In this document: positions 6,576 through 17,332 of the stretch, in pieces | Layout: each line of letters opens with the position of its first letter | Position numbering within the stretch: position 1 is the stretch's first letter | From: a virus | Lineage: Duplodnaviria; Caudoviricetes | Virus record (IMG/VR): IMGVR_UViG_3300020235_000072 | Location: 1 to 49,997 of that record | DNA: 49,997 bases | Reading direction: 5' to 3' (one strand) | Translations under genes and position numbers: made by a program | Notes under the pieces: model-generated | What the model saw: the letters and a program-made list of their open reading frames with translations, nothing else | Databases searched by the model: none | What the model was told of the DNA's origin: nothing

Positions 6576-8857
6576 TATGGTCCCATCACATCGTTGAGGT
6601 CGTCGTTATTGGTGGTGCCGTCACCACCCCCTGCTTGGTCCTGTCCTACAATAGCATTGAGCCCGCTAACAATACCTGTAGAGAGCAGTTGATCTATGCT
6701 ATTGTTTTGCTCCGAGTTTATGATTTGGTTCATAGCTCGTTCTGCCCCCGTGACAATTTCACGGGTTGAGTATGCACCACGGTGTGCCAGCCAGTCACTC
6801 CACATCCCCAAGACGTTTGTGACGATGGCCCCGCTGTCCCCGCACCCAGTGAAGTCCCCGCTCTCGCGTACCGAGAATGACCCACCACCAGTGTTGTCAG
6901 TCATCTGGACTACGCATCGGAGACCGAATGATCCGAAGCCATTACATACAGTATTACAGTATGCAACCACACGCCTGCCCACCACCGTCTGCCCGCCAAA
7001 GGCTTGGGTGACTACGAGGTTTATCTTCAGGTACATGGCGTTAGCAAAGGCGGTCCCATTACCTTGGAAAATAGTCTCGATTTCCAAACCATTGGGCAGT
7101 CCCTCTATGGGTCCGCTCTGCACAAGGCTGGTGGGAACGAAGTTCACGCTGATGCCGATGGCGATACCCGCGTTGAAGAGTGGATCAAGGGGGTCTATGG
7201 GGGATTCGTCGGAGGTCGGATCGTTGGCATCCGCGTCGTCGCTGCCGTCAGGATCGCCGGGAAGAACCGATGCGGAGTTCGACCAGTAGTTCCCGGTTGT
7301 GCCTATGTGGGGCTCGTCGGGGTTGTCGTTGAAGGTGATCTGCGGGAACTCGGTCGTGTAGTCCGTGGGGTCCGTCAATATGAGTTCGTTGTCGAACACC
7401 ACCACCTCCCCATCGCCAGTCCAGAAGGGACCACCGAAGATAAAGAAGGGGTCCGTCCCGCCGTAAATCAGCCAGTTCCACTCGCGTGGGAAGATGGTAT
7501 TGAACAGCATCGAGCCCGCGAAGAAGGTGGGGACGAAGCAAGCCTCCTGTACGAGATTGCGAATCTGTCGCATGAGGAGGACGATGATCATGGAGTTCCA
7601 TGAAAGGGTCTTATCCCTCAGGTCGAACCACAGCCCGTCGATCTTGGTCTGTCGGCGGATGCGAACATCCTTCGAGGTGGTTCCAGCATCGCGGGTAGCC
7701 GTGAGAGCGGTAGAGTTTATCGTGTAGCCGTTGGTCTCGTCAAGCCAGAAGTCGCTGGTGCCATCGGTCCTGTTGCCCTCCTCCACAATCAACTGGTCCT
7801 CAAGGTTGTCCCTACCGGGGATGCCCAAAAGAAAATCAATACTTCTTATAGAAAATACAGATTGAAGGCCGTGGTTCAAGAACTCAGCCTTCTGGTTACC
7901 CGCATCGTAATCATGAGTCTCCGCAGTATACGGCACTCCATCAAGGAAAGCCCCAAGCTCATGGTAATCGCACAAGTCCTGCATGATGAATAGACGCTGG
8001 GTAAAGAACCAGTGTAGGTTATCTCCGTCCGCACGGGCACCCGGACGGGGTGGGTTGTGGGGACGGTCCTGTCGGGTCTCCCTCCAGATGGTTATACGGT
8101 CTTCATCTTCGGTGAGGTCAGGAGTAACAGATACGACTGGATTGTTCACTATGTCGTCCTCCTTACCCAGCGAGGCTGCCACCTCAATGAACAGGAGGTC
8201 TTTGTCCGGGTTGTAGTTGATGGGGTCAGTGTAGTCATCCGCCACAATGCCGGTTAGTTCTCCTGCCACCTTGTAGTCCGGGTCTTCTAGCAGCATAGAG
8301 TTGCCCCCCACGTTGACGGCAACCTCTATTGTGTCTATGCTGGCGGCCCCGCCGATGGACCTAGCCCATCCAAAGGCACTCACTACTCTCGGTTTGTCGA
8401 AGACAACGAATACAGTCTGAGGGCTTCCGTTGTCGTTGTACTGGGTAGTACCGTCGAGGTCGAACAGCCTCTCCTCGTTCCCTGCCCCGACCAAGAAGAC
8501 ATTGACACCAAACTCTAGGTCAGTATACCAGTTGCCATCACCATCTCGGATACCGAACTGGGTGATCTGTAGCACACCTGATCCCATCACGATCCGAATA
8601 TCCGACACCAGCAAGCCCTGAGCGGGCTTGGGTGTCGTTTCGTACTGCCACTTATTGGTAATCAATAGGGGGTCAGAGCCATCGTCGTAGGTGTACTCGA
8701 CACCGTTGACGGCAACACGAAGTTGCTTCTCGTAAGGGGAAACCGAAGCAGGGAGAAGTCCCATGCGGGTGAGGAAGAACTTATCAATAGATCCTCTATC
8801 CGTTTTGAGGACAGTGTAGAAGCTAAAGCTAGCTTCCCCAATAGGTTCATGGGACAT
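6575..8857 (-). CDS. Tail fibre/adaptor protein (gp17 position) with two gp17-N-like domains
   Basis: RITIWRET...GARADGDNL...TQRLFIMQD and VRIRRQT...QIRNLVQEA resemble the T7 fibre N-terminal adaptor; follows the gp16-like gene. Confidence 0.75.
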   Translation of the reverse strand: MSHEPIGEASFSFYTVLKTDRGSIDKFFLTRMGLLPASVSPYEKQLRVAVNGVEYTYDDGSDPLLITNKWQYETTPKPAQGLLVSDIRIVMGSGVLQITQFGIRDGDGNWYTDLEFGVNVFLVGAGNEERLFDLDGTTQYNDNGSPQTVFVVFDKPRVVSAFGWARSIGGAASIDTIEVAVNVGGNSMLLEDPDYKVAGELTGIVADDYTDPINYNPDKDLLFIEVAASLGKEDDIVNNPVVSVTPDLTEDEDRITIWRETRQDRPHNPPRPGARADGDNLHWFFTQRLFIMQDLCDYHELGAFLDGVPYTAETHDYDAGNQKAEFLNHGLQSVFSIRSIDFLLGIPGRDNLEDQLIVEEGNRTDGTSDFWLDETNGYTINSTALTATRDAGTTSKDVRIRRQTKIDGLWFDLRDKTLSWNSMIIVLLMRQIRNLVQEACFVPTFFAGSMLFNTIFPREWNWLIYGGTDPFFIFGGPFWTGDGEVVVFDNELILTDPTDYTTEFPQITFNDNPDEPHIGTTGNYWSNSASVLPGDPDGSDDADANDPTSDESPIDPLDPLFNAGIAIGISVNFVPTSLVQSGPIEGLPNGLEIETIFQGNGTAFANAMYLKINLVVTQAFGGQTVVGRRVVAYCNTVCNGFGSFGLRCVVQMTDNTGGGSFSVRESGDFTGCGDSGAIVTNVLGMWSDWLAHRGAYSTREIVTGAERAMNQIINSEQNNSIDQLLSTGIVSGLNAIVGQDQAGGGDGTTNNDDLNDVMGP

Positions 8858-8860
8858 ATT

Positions 8861-11800
8861 CTAGTCCTGCTTGTAAAGGAATGAAAGGTCTTCGGGAAAC
8901 TCAGGGCCTACATTTAGCTCTGCGTTATCAACGGGGTCCGGTATCTCCGGGATGTCAAAGCTCTGCCCACCGTAGCGGCGGAACCGGCCTCCCCCTTCGA
9001 TACTGCCGGGCACATCAACGCCCGTGGTCTGCTTGACGCCCTCGGAGAGCAGCATAGCCCACCATGTGCGATACCCCGGAATGAACCGGGACGCGGTACG
9101 CCAAGTACGGGACTGTACCTCGGCGTCCTCCGCGAGGGGAGAGATGCCGTGTACGGAGTCAAAGAGCATGTTGATGATGGACCCGAAGGCCCCTTCGGCA
9201 GCACTCTCTCCCGTGTCCACCCGTTGCATCCGACCGTTGAGGGTCAGTGCATCTACGGCGGGGCGGGCGAGCATGCTGTACTGGCCGAGTAGCGGGATGT
9301 TGGTGAAGGCCCGTGCAATGTAGTTGTCCGGGTCAGCCTTAGCATCCTCCATGATGGAGTCGAGGTCACGGCCTCGCCAGATGTCCCGCATGGTGCGGTT
9401 CATGGTCTCGCCCACCAAGTACATCCCCAGCATTCCGGTCGCCGCCCTTACGGGCATCTGAGCGGTGTCGAGGATGTTGTTGTCGAACCACGATCTTGCG
9501 AAGGTGGTCATGGACAGGTGAACGCGGCCCATCCATGTTCTGGATGTTGGCGAGGTAGGTGTCTGCATGAGCGATTGCTCCGACACCCGCTTGTGCAGGG
9601 TCTGAACCATCATGTCACGCAGGGATCTCTTGGCCGAGATCAACTCAGCGAGTTCGTCGGCATTGAATGACTGGTACTTGCCCAGTTCATTCCAATCGAA
9701 CGTCTTGAAGAGGCCGGTGTCCTTGAGGGCTCCGGTTGCATCGCCCGCCTTGCGGAGGATGGCGAGCCTGCGGGGATCGAGCAGCTTGGCCCGTGCCATA
9801 CGCTCTGCGATCTGCCAGTTGCCGCCGAACCCGTTCTTGCGGACGATGGACCGCCACTCCTTGAAGCGAGCCTGACGGCCCTTGGTCAGGGCCTTCTTCT
9901 CCACCTCGTCGGTGACTTCCTTCGCCGCCTTCCGCACTGCCTCACTGGCCTTCCGCTCGATGTCATCGAGTAGGCCCGCACTGTCTTGCAGTGCTTGGGC
10001 CGTCTTCTCCGCAGCCTTGAAGAACCGTCCGGTCTCGTCCAGCATTGACTGGACATGGAGCATGCGACTGAACTGGGTCCAGTAGTCCATGCCACCGATG
10101 GTCATCATGTTGCCTGCGTAGGCTCTGAGGGCGGCGGGGACGATCCCGGCCTTGCCTAGAGCGGCACCACCGGAGGAGGCAGTGCGGCCCCTGAACTGCT
10201 CCCAAACGTCCATCCAAGGACCCAGCAGCTTCGGCACGATGGCGAACTGGAAGCCCTCGGAGTGGGCAGCACCGCCTGTCAGACGCTCCAGCGTGTGGAG
10301 TCGGTACTGTCGGACGGTCAGGCCAAGAGCCTGCATGTTCGCTCGCATCTCCTTGCCCCGCCCCAAGCTCTTGAAGATGCCCATGGTCCTCTGAACGAGG
10401 ACATCAGGACGCACGTTGAGCCGGGACATGATGGCCTGAGCCACCTCGGTGGACAGCACCGCCTGCCCGATACCGGACCCGTAGAGGGCACCGGCAGCAG
10501 CGTTGGCGGTAGCGGAGAGGAACTCTTGGAACTTGTTGGTGTGGTCCCGCAGGGTGGGGAGCCGCCCCTCAGCGAGGTGCAGCTTCTCCCGTAGGGTGTT
10601 GATGCCAACCCGCCACTCATCCTTGGTCATGTTCGTACCGGGGAGAGAGGCCAACTTGATTTCAATGAAGTCGAGAGTCTCCTCCATGGTCAGGCCGGGG
10701 ATGCCCCACCGCTGTTGGTGGCGGGCCGTATTCGTAATACGCATCGCGGTGCTGTTCATGTATTGGTGGACGCCGTTAGCAAACCGGAAGTCGAGGTACT
10801 TGTGCAGAGCGGGGTTGCTCCACACTGATTCCTCGATGGCCCGGTCGCCCTCGGATCGGGGTGACCCGTGATGCGTCCTCTTGATCTTGCCGTTCGGTAG
10901 TTGCTCGAAGGCGTCGGAGCCTTGCAGCCGGGCAGCCGCGTCCTTAGCGGAACGGCTCAGCGGGGTGAACCCGTCTTCCGGGTCTATAGTACGCAATGCT
11001 GTATTATAGTCCCCTTCGTCAACACCCAAAGCCTTTAGCTCTTTACGCTTGAGGGATCGGGTTGTTCCTTTGCGGCCTTGGATTATCCACCCCTTGAGTT
11101 CTCCGTCTTGCCCGATGTCGCGGAAAGCTACGTTCATGGCAACGAGGGTATCCAGATGGATATCATCAGACAGTTCCCACCTTGCCTCGAAGTGGGCGGT
11201 GAGGTCGTTGATGAATGCTTGCTCATCCTTGGCGATGACGCCCACGTTCCAGCGACGGGGGAAGAACTTGCGGCCCTTGATACGGTTGGGCAGGGTGCCC
11301 ACCGCTTGGCCGACATCGGCAATCTCTTCAGAGTGCTTCAGCCAGAGTTCAGCCACCCGCATGACATCGGCGTCAGTGGAGGTGAAGGTGTCGTCCGCTA
11401 TGTGGCGGATGACTTCCTTGTCGAAGGCTGCCCTCTTCTTGATGTAGGTGGGGTAGTGGAAGAAAGAGTTTCCCCACTTGCCCGCGTGGTGCAGGCGTCC
11501 AAGCTCGTCCAGTATCTCGGAGGTACGGACGGCTAGGTCGTTCTGTAGATCCTGAATGGTCCGGTGGACCGCCAAGCGGGTGGGGTCAAGATCCCCCATT
11601 CGCAGTTTCGCGTTGTCGAACTCATGGGCGATCTCCCGCAGCATGCCGAGGGTGGACCGGATGGTCTGATCCATCCCGGTGCCAGCCGTGGCGATAGAGC
11701 GGAGGAACCGTCCACCGCCCCAGCCCGCGACGAGCCGACCGAGGAAGGAGACATCCTCAATAAGGATTGTCTCCCCGAAGTCGTTACCGTCCATCAGTTC

Positions 11801-13924
11801 CTGAAGGGCCTGCTGCCTTGCCCGAACTGTCTTCGGGGGATCTGCCGCCCATTTGAGCATCAGCTTACGCACACTGCGGGTAAGCTCGGATGCAGGAACA
11901 GTGGCGATAGTGTCCGGGGGTATTTCACCGGCGAGCTTGTCGAAGGACTTCTTCGCCCGACGCAAACGAGCACGGGCGTTGGTGATGGTCTTCTTCAGAT
12001 CGGCCCCACCAAACTGAATGTGGTCGTTGACCGCCTTAGCCACAGCCTCTTCCTCCGAGAGGATCTTGGTCATGGCCTTGGAGAGGGGTGTACCTGTGCG
12101 GGCACGGAGCGGGGAGAATATGGAGCCGTCCGTCCAGCGTTGGCTGATTTGGGAGGCGAGGCCCTCGAAGGGGTCCGTCCAATTCTGTGAGGCGAGCTTG
12201 CCACGGATGACAGCCATGTAGTCAAGCTCAGCCTGCGTGAGGTTGCGGATGCGGGCAATGCCTGCAATTTCGACGGACTCGTTGAGCCAATACTCAAGCT
12301 CCGTAGTCTGTGCGGGGATAACCTGTGCGGCCCGCCGCTGCATCTCCGCTTCGATCTTCTCGATCTCCTGCGGGACCAGTCGCTTAGCTGCGTCCAGAAC
12401 CTCCATGTTGGAGGCATTGGGGTTGGCACGGGCTGCACGGGCGAGAGCCCTAGCCAGTGCCGCCTTCTCGATCTCGGTGGCGAAGGTCTGCTCCAGTACG
12501 TTGCGGGTAGCACGGGACTCAGCCGCGTCCGTAAAGAGGTCGGCTAGAACTCGCATGACAGTACCCTTGGATATGTTACGTCCTGCGGTAGCCCGTGCCA
12601 ACTGCTCCAGCACCACAGCGATGTGGAAGGGGGTGAGCCCGACCTCGCTGAGTAGGGTGGGGTCAAGGTAGTGCCCAATCTCCCCAGCCTTCGAGCCCAG
12701 CACCGCCTGTGCGGCCCGCTGTACTCGGACGTTGGCGAGATCCAGCCGTGCTTGGGCCGGGACGTTATCGAAGGAGTGGGAGATGGGAGAGTGGGGGCCA
12801 CCCCCGGCCACCTCTGTCACTGCCTTGCGGGCCTCCCTGAGGCTGTGGGTGCCACGCCCCGCGAAGACGAATCCCGCGAGGGCACTCACTCCAACGGCGA
12901 GACCCATCTCGCCCCAAGAGAAGGACTGTTGGTAGTCCGGGTTGTCGAAGAGAATCTCGCTCTGCTCCATACGCTGGGCCTGCACTGCCCCATCGAAGAC
13001 ACCTCCGTAGACGCCCATCTCGATAGCGACCGCAGCCCGGTGCCCTACATGGGTGGCGAGGCCGATGTGCATCGCCTCCGGGGACAGGGAGGCAGCCGCC
13101 TTGCCCAGTGCCAACGCCTTCTGCCCGCCCACGATGGGAGCGGTGAGGCGGATGACCTTGGACCCGATCTTGACGGAACTGCCGAGTGCCCGTGCCCACC
13201 CGAAGGGGAGGACCATGGACGGGGCGACCGTGGGGTCCGTCAGGAGGTAGTTGGTAGCCAGCGACATCACGCGGCTTGTCCACTTGGCCGTCAGGCCAGC
13301 CTTATCCTCCCACGCACGGATGTTCTGCCACGCCCTCGCGTGGGTGAAGATGAGGTTCTGTGTGTGGACGAAGTGGTTCAGGTTGCGGGTTTCCCGAAGC
13401 ATGCCTTCGAGGTCGAAGCCCTCTTCCCGTGCCATCTTGAGAAGCTGTCCGTTGTTGCCTTCATTCATCCAGCGGTTGGTGGCTTCCTCAGCGTTGAAGT
13501 CCTCATCCCTGAACTCGATTCGTTGGTCGATGTCGGCCACGTTCTGGACGGGGGAAATCTGTCGGCTGAGGAGTTTCCACCCACTGATCGTTTCATCCTT
13601 CTCCGGGTTCGCTGCTCGCATGAGCATGCCGGGGCCAAGGCCCACGAACCTCTGGTCACCGGGGACCAGAGGGTCAAGGAATGTGTTGAACATCCAAGTG
13701 GCGAGGTTGCCACTCTCCGTCAAGGCAGCGTTGATCTGCTTGTCGTGAGTGACAACGCCCCAAAAGCTAAGCTCCGGGGGCGTGTAGGTGGCCTCCCATC
13801 CGATGATGGAGTCTCCACCGAGAAACATCTTGGGCTCATACTGAGCATGGCCGAGGAGGTCTCGACGCATTTCTTTTCCTGAGCCGGTAGTGTCGAAGCG
13901 AGCGGGCATACTAATTCCTTGCAA
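8861..13924 (-). CDS. Large internal virion (ejection) protein, gp16-like
   Basis: 1687 aa, helical with hydrophobic hairpins; synteny; start may be 13909. Confidence 0.75.
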   Translation of the reverse strand: MQGISMPARFDTTGSGKEMRRDLLGHAQYEPKMFLGGDSIIGWEATYTPPELSFWGVVTHDKQINAALTESGNLATWMFNTFLDPLVPGDQRFVGLGPGMLMRAANPEKDETISGWKLLSRQISPVQNVADIDQRIEFRDEDFNAEEATNRWMNEGNNGQLLKMAREEGFDLEGMLRETRNLNHFVHTQNLIFTHARAWQNIRAWEDKAGLTAKWTSRVMSLATNYLLTDPTVAPSMVLPFGWARALGSSVKIGSKVIRLTAPIVGGQKALALGKAAASLSPEAMHIGLATHVGHRAAVAIEMGVYGGVFDGAVQAQRMEQSEILFDNPDYQQSFSWGEMGLAVGVSALAGFVFAGRGTHSLREARKAVTEVAGGGPHSPISHSFDNVPAQARLDLANVRVQRAAQAVLGSKAGEIGHYLDPTLLSEVGLTPFHIAVVLEQLARATAGRNISKGTVMRVLADLFTDAAESRATRNVLEQTFATEIEKAALARALARAARANPNASNMEVLDAAKRLVPQEIEKIEAEMQRRAAQVIPAQTTELEYWLNESVEIAGIARIRNLTQAELDYMAVIRGKLASQNWTDPFEGLASQISQRWTDGSIFSPLRARTGTPLSKAMTKILSEEEAVAKAVNDHIQFGGADLKKTITNARARLRRAKKSFDKLAGEIPPDTIATVPASELTRSVRKLMLKWAADPPKTVRARQQALQELMDGNDFGETILIEDVSFLGRLVAGWGGGRFLRSIATAGTGMDQTIRSTLGMLREIAHEFDNAKLRMGDLDPTRLAVHRTIQDLQNDLAVRTSEILDELGRLHHAGKWGNSFFHYPTYIKKRAAFDKEVIRHIADDTFTSTDADVMRVAELWLKHSEEIADVGQAVGTLPNRIKGRKFFPRRWNVGVIAKDEQAFINDLTAHFEARWELSDDIHLDTLVAMNVAFRDIGQDGELKGWIIQGRKGTTRSLKRKELKALGVDEGDYNTALRTIDPEDGFTPLSRSAKDAAARLQGSDAFEQLPNGKIKRTHHGSPRSEGDRAIEESVWSNPALHKYLDFRFANGVHQYMNSTAMRITNTARHQQRWGIPGLTMEETLDFIEIKLASLPGTNMTKDEWRVGINTLREKLHLAEGRLPTLRDHTNKFQEFLSATANAAAGALYGSGIGQAVLSTEVAQAIMSRLNVRPDVLVQRTMGIFKSLGRGKEMRANMQALGLTVRQYRLHTLERLTGGAAHSEGFQFAIVPKLLGPWMDVWEQFRGRTASSGGAALGKAGIVPAALRAYAGNMMTIGGMDYWTQFSRMLHVQSMLDETGRFFKAAEKTAQALQDSAGLLDDIERKASEAVRKAAKEVTDEVEKKALTKGRQARFKEWRSIVRKNGFGGNWQIAERMARAKLLDPRRLAILRKAGDATGALKDTGLFKTFDWNELGKYQSFNADELAELISAKRSLRDMMVQTLHKRVSEQSLMQTPTSPTSRTWMGRVHLSMTTFARSWFDNNILDTAQMPVRAATGMLGMYLVGETMNRTMRDIWRGRDLDSIMEDAKADPDNYIARAFTNIPLLGQYSMLARPAVDALTLNGRMQRVDTGESAAEGAFGSIINMLFDSVHGISPLAEDAEVQSRTWRTASRFIPGYRTWWAMLLSEGVKQTTGVDVPGSIEGGGRFRRYGGQSFDIPEIPDPVDNAELNVGPEFPEDLSFLYKQD

Positions 13925-13931
13925 TTCTGGC

Positions 13932-16790
13932 TTAGAACTGGGGCCGAGAGAATCCGGGTCTCGCGTGTGCTGGGGCGTTAGCCGGTGTCAGCAAGTTGAG
14001 AGATTGCCGGGCCTTGGGCAGTCTAAACACAGGGGCGAACAGGTCTTGGTTACCAATTACAGACATGGTAACCCCTGCGGGCACCATGAAGGATGTTCCG
14101 TCGTCCCACCGCATGAGGGCGGGGTGCTTTGTAAGCGGGGTAGCCATGGGGTTGCCACGGAGATCTACGCCTTCGATGACGAAGCCGCCGTAGTTGGCAC
14201 GGGACTCCAGCAGCCGATCAGTAACCTGATCGGACATATTCCATCGTCCTCGGATGTCTGAAGTGCCCCCGACGCCGGGGTCTTTGCCAGATCCGAGTAG
14301 GAACATCTGTGCGTAGTTGTTGGGAACCTCGAAGGGCTCCAAGTCCATGGCGTCCTGAATGAAAGAGCGGTACAGCGGGGAGAACTGCATCTGCATGTGC
14401 ATGTCCACCGAACCTTGGATGGAAGCCCCTTCGGCCCCAGTGTATCCCTGCGGGTCTATGATCAGCACCACTCGGTCGTTGATCTCACGCCAGCGGTATC
14501 CCTTCCCCCGTATCCATGACCAGAGCATGGCCCCACGCTGGGCGTCGTCTAGGTCGGGCTCAGCGGCCCGGCCAGCGAACCAGAGGTTGCGGAGCATACG
14601 CCCCGTGTGGTCTTGGTCCGAGAGGAACAGACGGAGGAACTGAGCTTGGATGCGAGCCCCGAAGCGGTCGTTGTCATCGCCTTCGAGGTCTACTTGACCG
14701 CTGACGATCTCAGCCATAACATCTGCCATGTTCGCCGCGTTGCTGCGGTCCACATCATCCAGCCCGGTGTCAGCACCCGACCATGAGGGTACGGGCCTGC
14801 TACGCATGATGGCCTGAACCTCAGTCATGAGGACAGCAGGGTCCGTCTGGAAGTCGCCGGGGAGAACCTCCCCAGTGTCCGTGAAGCGGGGCCTGCCCTG
14901 CTTCAGGTTGATGCGTACCCACCAAGCTGCCGCAACCTCCTGAGAGGACACGCCCTTGGCGTCGAGGAAGTTGTCCCAAGACTCGTTCGCCCCCACCTTG
15001 AGAGCAGAGACCCAGTGACCAAAGGCCATGAGTCTGTTGGTGTCGTCGGAGCGGAGCAGAGCCATCTTGTCTTTAGCCATCTCGGCGGGGATGCCATAGA
15101 AGGACTGGGTGGCGTCGTTGTTCCACTGGAGGGCCTCAGCCGTAGCGATGACCTTATTCAGGTCCCCGTTCTCGTCGGTGTACGCGGCGTCCCGACCGTC
15201 CCAGTTGTCCACCACATCCCGACTGATGCCCAGTTTCCCGGCCACCTCTACGAGCAGGCCCTTGAACTCCTCGATATCCTGATCGCCCATGGGGGGCACC
15301 TCAGTGACCGCGAACTCCACACCAGACATATGAGCACGGGTGAAGGGTGACCAGCGGTGAGCCTTGTCGGCGTTGGCACCGGGGTCCCCCTTCATAACCA
15401 TGTTGTGGTTGGCGATAGAGAGGGAGTGCTTGTTTCTCTGCACCCTAGTGGCGTCTAGAATCTTAGCAGCCGCTGTGCGTACTGCATTGATGATTCGCTG
15501 CCCCTCCGGGTTCAGGTTCGTGGCCCCAAGGAAGCCCATCTCTGCGAGGACACGGTTGGCCGCGTCGTCAATGGGAGTGAATCCCGTGATGGGGTCTTGG
15601 GTGGTCATTATGGCGAGGGCGTTGGGGTCAGGACGGAGCGACTCTCGTAGCCGTCCGATCTCGGACTCCATCTCCCGCTTAGCCGTGTTCTCCGCGAGTA
15701 CCAGAAGGTCGATCCTTCGCCTCTGCTTCTCCGCAGGGGAGAAGATAGCCTGCCCGTCCACCTCCATGTCGAGGAGGTGGGTAGCCAAGCCGATGTTGTT
15801 GAGGGCGTCGATGCCGTAGGCCCCTCTGCCGAGGGCAGTGAGGGAGCCGGTGATCATGACGCGGACCTGTGCCCGCTGCTGCTCCACCGTGAGGTGGCCG
15901 AAGCGGTTCTGCATAGTGGCCTCCACCTGAGCGGGAAGGAACGAGGGGTCCTGCTGTCCGGTCATGGTGGAGAAGAAGTCGGCCTCCAGTTGCTGGGTGC
16001 CGAGGATGTTGTTAGACTTCTCGACATCGCCGTTGTTCTTAGCGATGAGGGCGTCCGCGATCTTGAAGGACTGCTGCATCAACTGGTGCAGTAGCATCTC
16101 CTTGCTGCGGGCCTTGTCCTCGCTGTCCCCCTCCTGTAGATCGAAGACGCCCGGCTGGGCCTCGTTGACCTTGAGGATCATCCAGTCCTGTACGCGGCTG
16201 GTGATCTTCTCTCCGTTACCGATGAGGACCGCTTTGGTGGCGGGGTCAGCATCTATCTGGAGTTGGAGAGTGGTGGCGATGTCGCTTACAGAGCGGACAT
16301 GGGAGTTGAACTCCTGCCGGAACTGCTCCTCGCTATCCCTATGGACAGCGGCAGCAGCGGGACGCCACGCTCCCTCCCAAAACAGGGCTTCCTCACGGGA
16401 GCCTGCGTTGACCATCCTGCTGCGGAACTGACGCTCCACCCAGTCCGGTCCCTTCTTCTCAGCCTCCAGTAGGATGGCTCTGCGGGCCTGCTCGGCCTCG
16501 CCCTGCCTCTGCTGCTGTAGCTGTTGGCTCTGCCTCTCAATCAGTCTCTCTGTCTCTGCAACACCCTGCTTCTTGAGGGCCTGCATGCGGGACGCGATGT
16601 TCGACCGGGCACTAGCCACGGATGCGGCACCTCGCCCCACGGCGAGCACGGCATCTCGGAACTGCGTGAAGTTGGTCGGCCCCTCCCGCTGAGCAAAGGA
16701 CGGGGTGGCAACCGGAGTGGCGGGCGGGGTGAAAGCGGGGGCTACACTCCCCGGTCCCGTCTGCACTCTGCGAATGGTTTCCTTAGGCAC
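13932..16790 (-). CDS. Internal virion (ejection) protein, gp15-like
   Basis: 952-aa helical Ala/Gln-rich protein; synteny. Confidence 0.7.
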   Translation of the reverse strand: MPKETIRRVQTGPGSVAPAFTPPATPVATPSFAQREGPTNFTQFRDAVLAVGRGAASVASARSNIASRMQALKKQGVAETERLIERQSQQLQQQRQGEAEQARRAILLEAEKKGPDWVERQFRSRMVNAGSREEALFWEGAWRPAAAAVHRDSEEQFRQEFNSHVRSVSDIATTLQLQIDADPATKAVLIGNGEKITSRVQDWMILKVNEAQPGVFDLQEGDSEDKARSKEMLLHQLMQQSFKIADALIAKNNGDVEKSNNILGTQQLEADFFSTMTGQQDPSFLPAQVEATMQNRFGHLTVEQQRAQVRVMITGSLTALGRGAYGIDALNNIGLATHLLDMEVDGQAIFSPAEKQRRRIDLLVLAENTAKREMESEIGRLRESLRPDPNALAIMTTQDPITGFTPIDDAANRVLAEMGFLGATNLNPEGQRIINAVRTAAAKILDATRVQRNKHSLSIANHNMVMKGDPGANADKAHRWSPFTRAHMSGVEFAVTEVPPMGDQDIEEFKGLLVEVAGKLGISRDVVDNWDGRDAAYTDENGDLNKVIATAEALQWNNDATQSFYGIPAEMAKDKMALLRSDDTNRLMAFGHWVSALKVGANESWDNFLDAKGVSSQEVAAAWWVRINLKQGRPRFTDTGEVLPGDFQTDPAVLMTEVQAIMRSRPVPSWSGADTGLDDVDRSNAANMADVMAEIVSGQVDLEGDDNDRFGARIQAQFLRLFLSDQDHTGRMLRNLWFAGRAAEPDLDDAQRGAMLWSWIRGKGYRWREINDRVVLIIDPQGYTGAEGASIQGSVDMHMQMQFSPLYRSFIQDAMDLEPFEVPNNYAQMFLLGSGKDPGVGGTSDIRGRWNMSDQVTDRLLESRANYGGFVIEGVDLRGNPMATPLTKHPALMRWDDGTSFMVPAGVTMSVIGNQDLFAPVFRLPKARQSLNLLTPANAPAHARPGFSRPQF

Positions 16791-17332
16791 TAAGGGCCTC
16801 CTAATCCTTCAATGAAGTCGTTGATGTCAAATCCGGGGATGGTGAATTGGGTAAAGAACCCGCCCGGCCCAGCGAAGTTATGCACTTCCGCCTCTGCAAA
16901 CAGGGAGTTGGCGATGGAGGTGCCCACTTCAAGGCCCGTGGTCAGCCCTTGGATGGCCGCGAGGATGGGGTCATCAAGGATGGGCTGGTTGGCGAAGATG
17001 ACCGCGACCTCTTTGGCCGCAGCGTTCGCATCAATAATCGCGGCCTGATCCGCCGCCTGAAAGGTAGCGGAGTCAATAAGGGCTGCACCCGATCCTGCTA
17101 GGCCACCCCCGGTGAATGCCTGCTGTGCAGACACGGCCCCGGTGTTGAAGGCGAGGGCTTGGGCCACCTTGCGACGGCCTGTTTCCTTCTCCAGATTGAT
17201 GGCGTCGGTAGCGGCACCGATGGTTCCCTCTGCGATGCGGAGCTTCTCTATGTTCTGCGAGATCGCAGCCTTGGAGAAGACCTCTGCGAATCCGGTAGAG
17301 ATTTCTGCAATATCTTCACTAAACTCGGTCAT
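16790..17332 (-). CDS. Internal virion protein, gp14-like
   Basis: 180 aa, Ala/Gly-rich with GLAGSG motif; TAATG overlap with tail tube B. Confidence 0.7.
   Translation of the reverse strand: MTEFSEDIAEISTGFAEVFSKAAISQNIEKLRIAEGTIGAATDAINLEKETGRRKVAQALAFNTGAVSAQQAFTGGGLAGSGAALIDSATFQAADQAAIIDANAAAKEVAVIFANQPILDDPILAAIQGLTTGLEVGTSIANSLFAEAEVHNFAGPGGFFTQFTIPGFDINDFIEGLGGP

Noticed and set aside
12671-13882. 403-aa plus-strand ORF and other long antisense ORFs (e.g. 35099..35956, 21051..21749)
   Set aside because: Shadow frames opposite high-GC3 genes; no motifs, and the genome is otherwise single-strand coding
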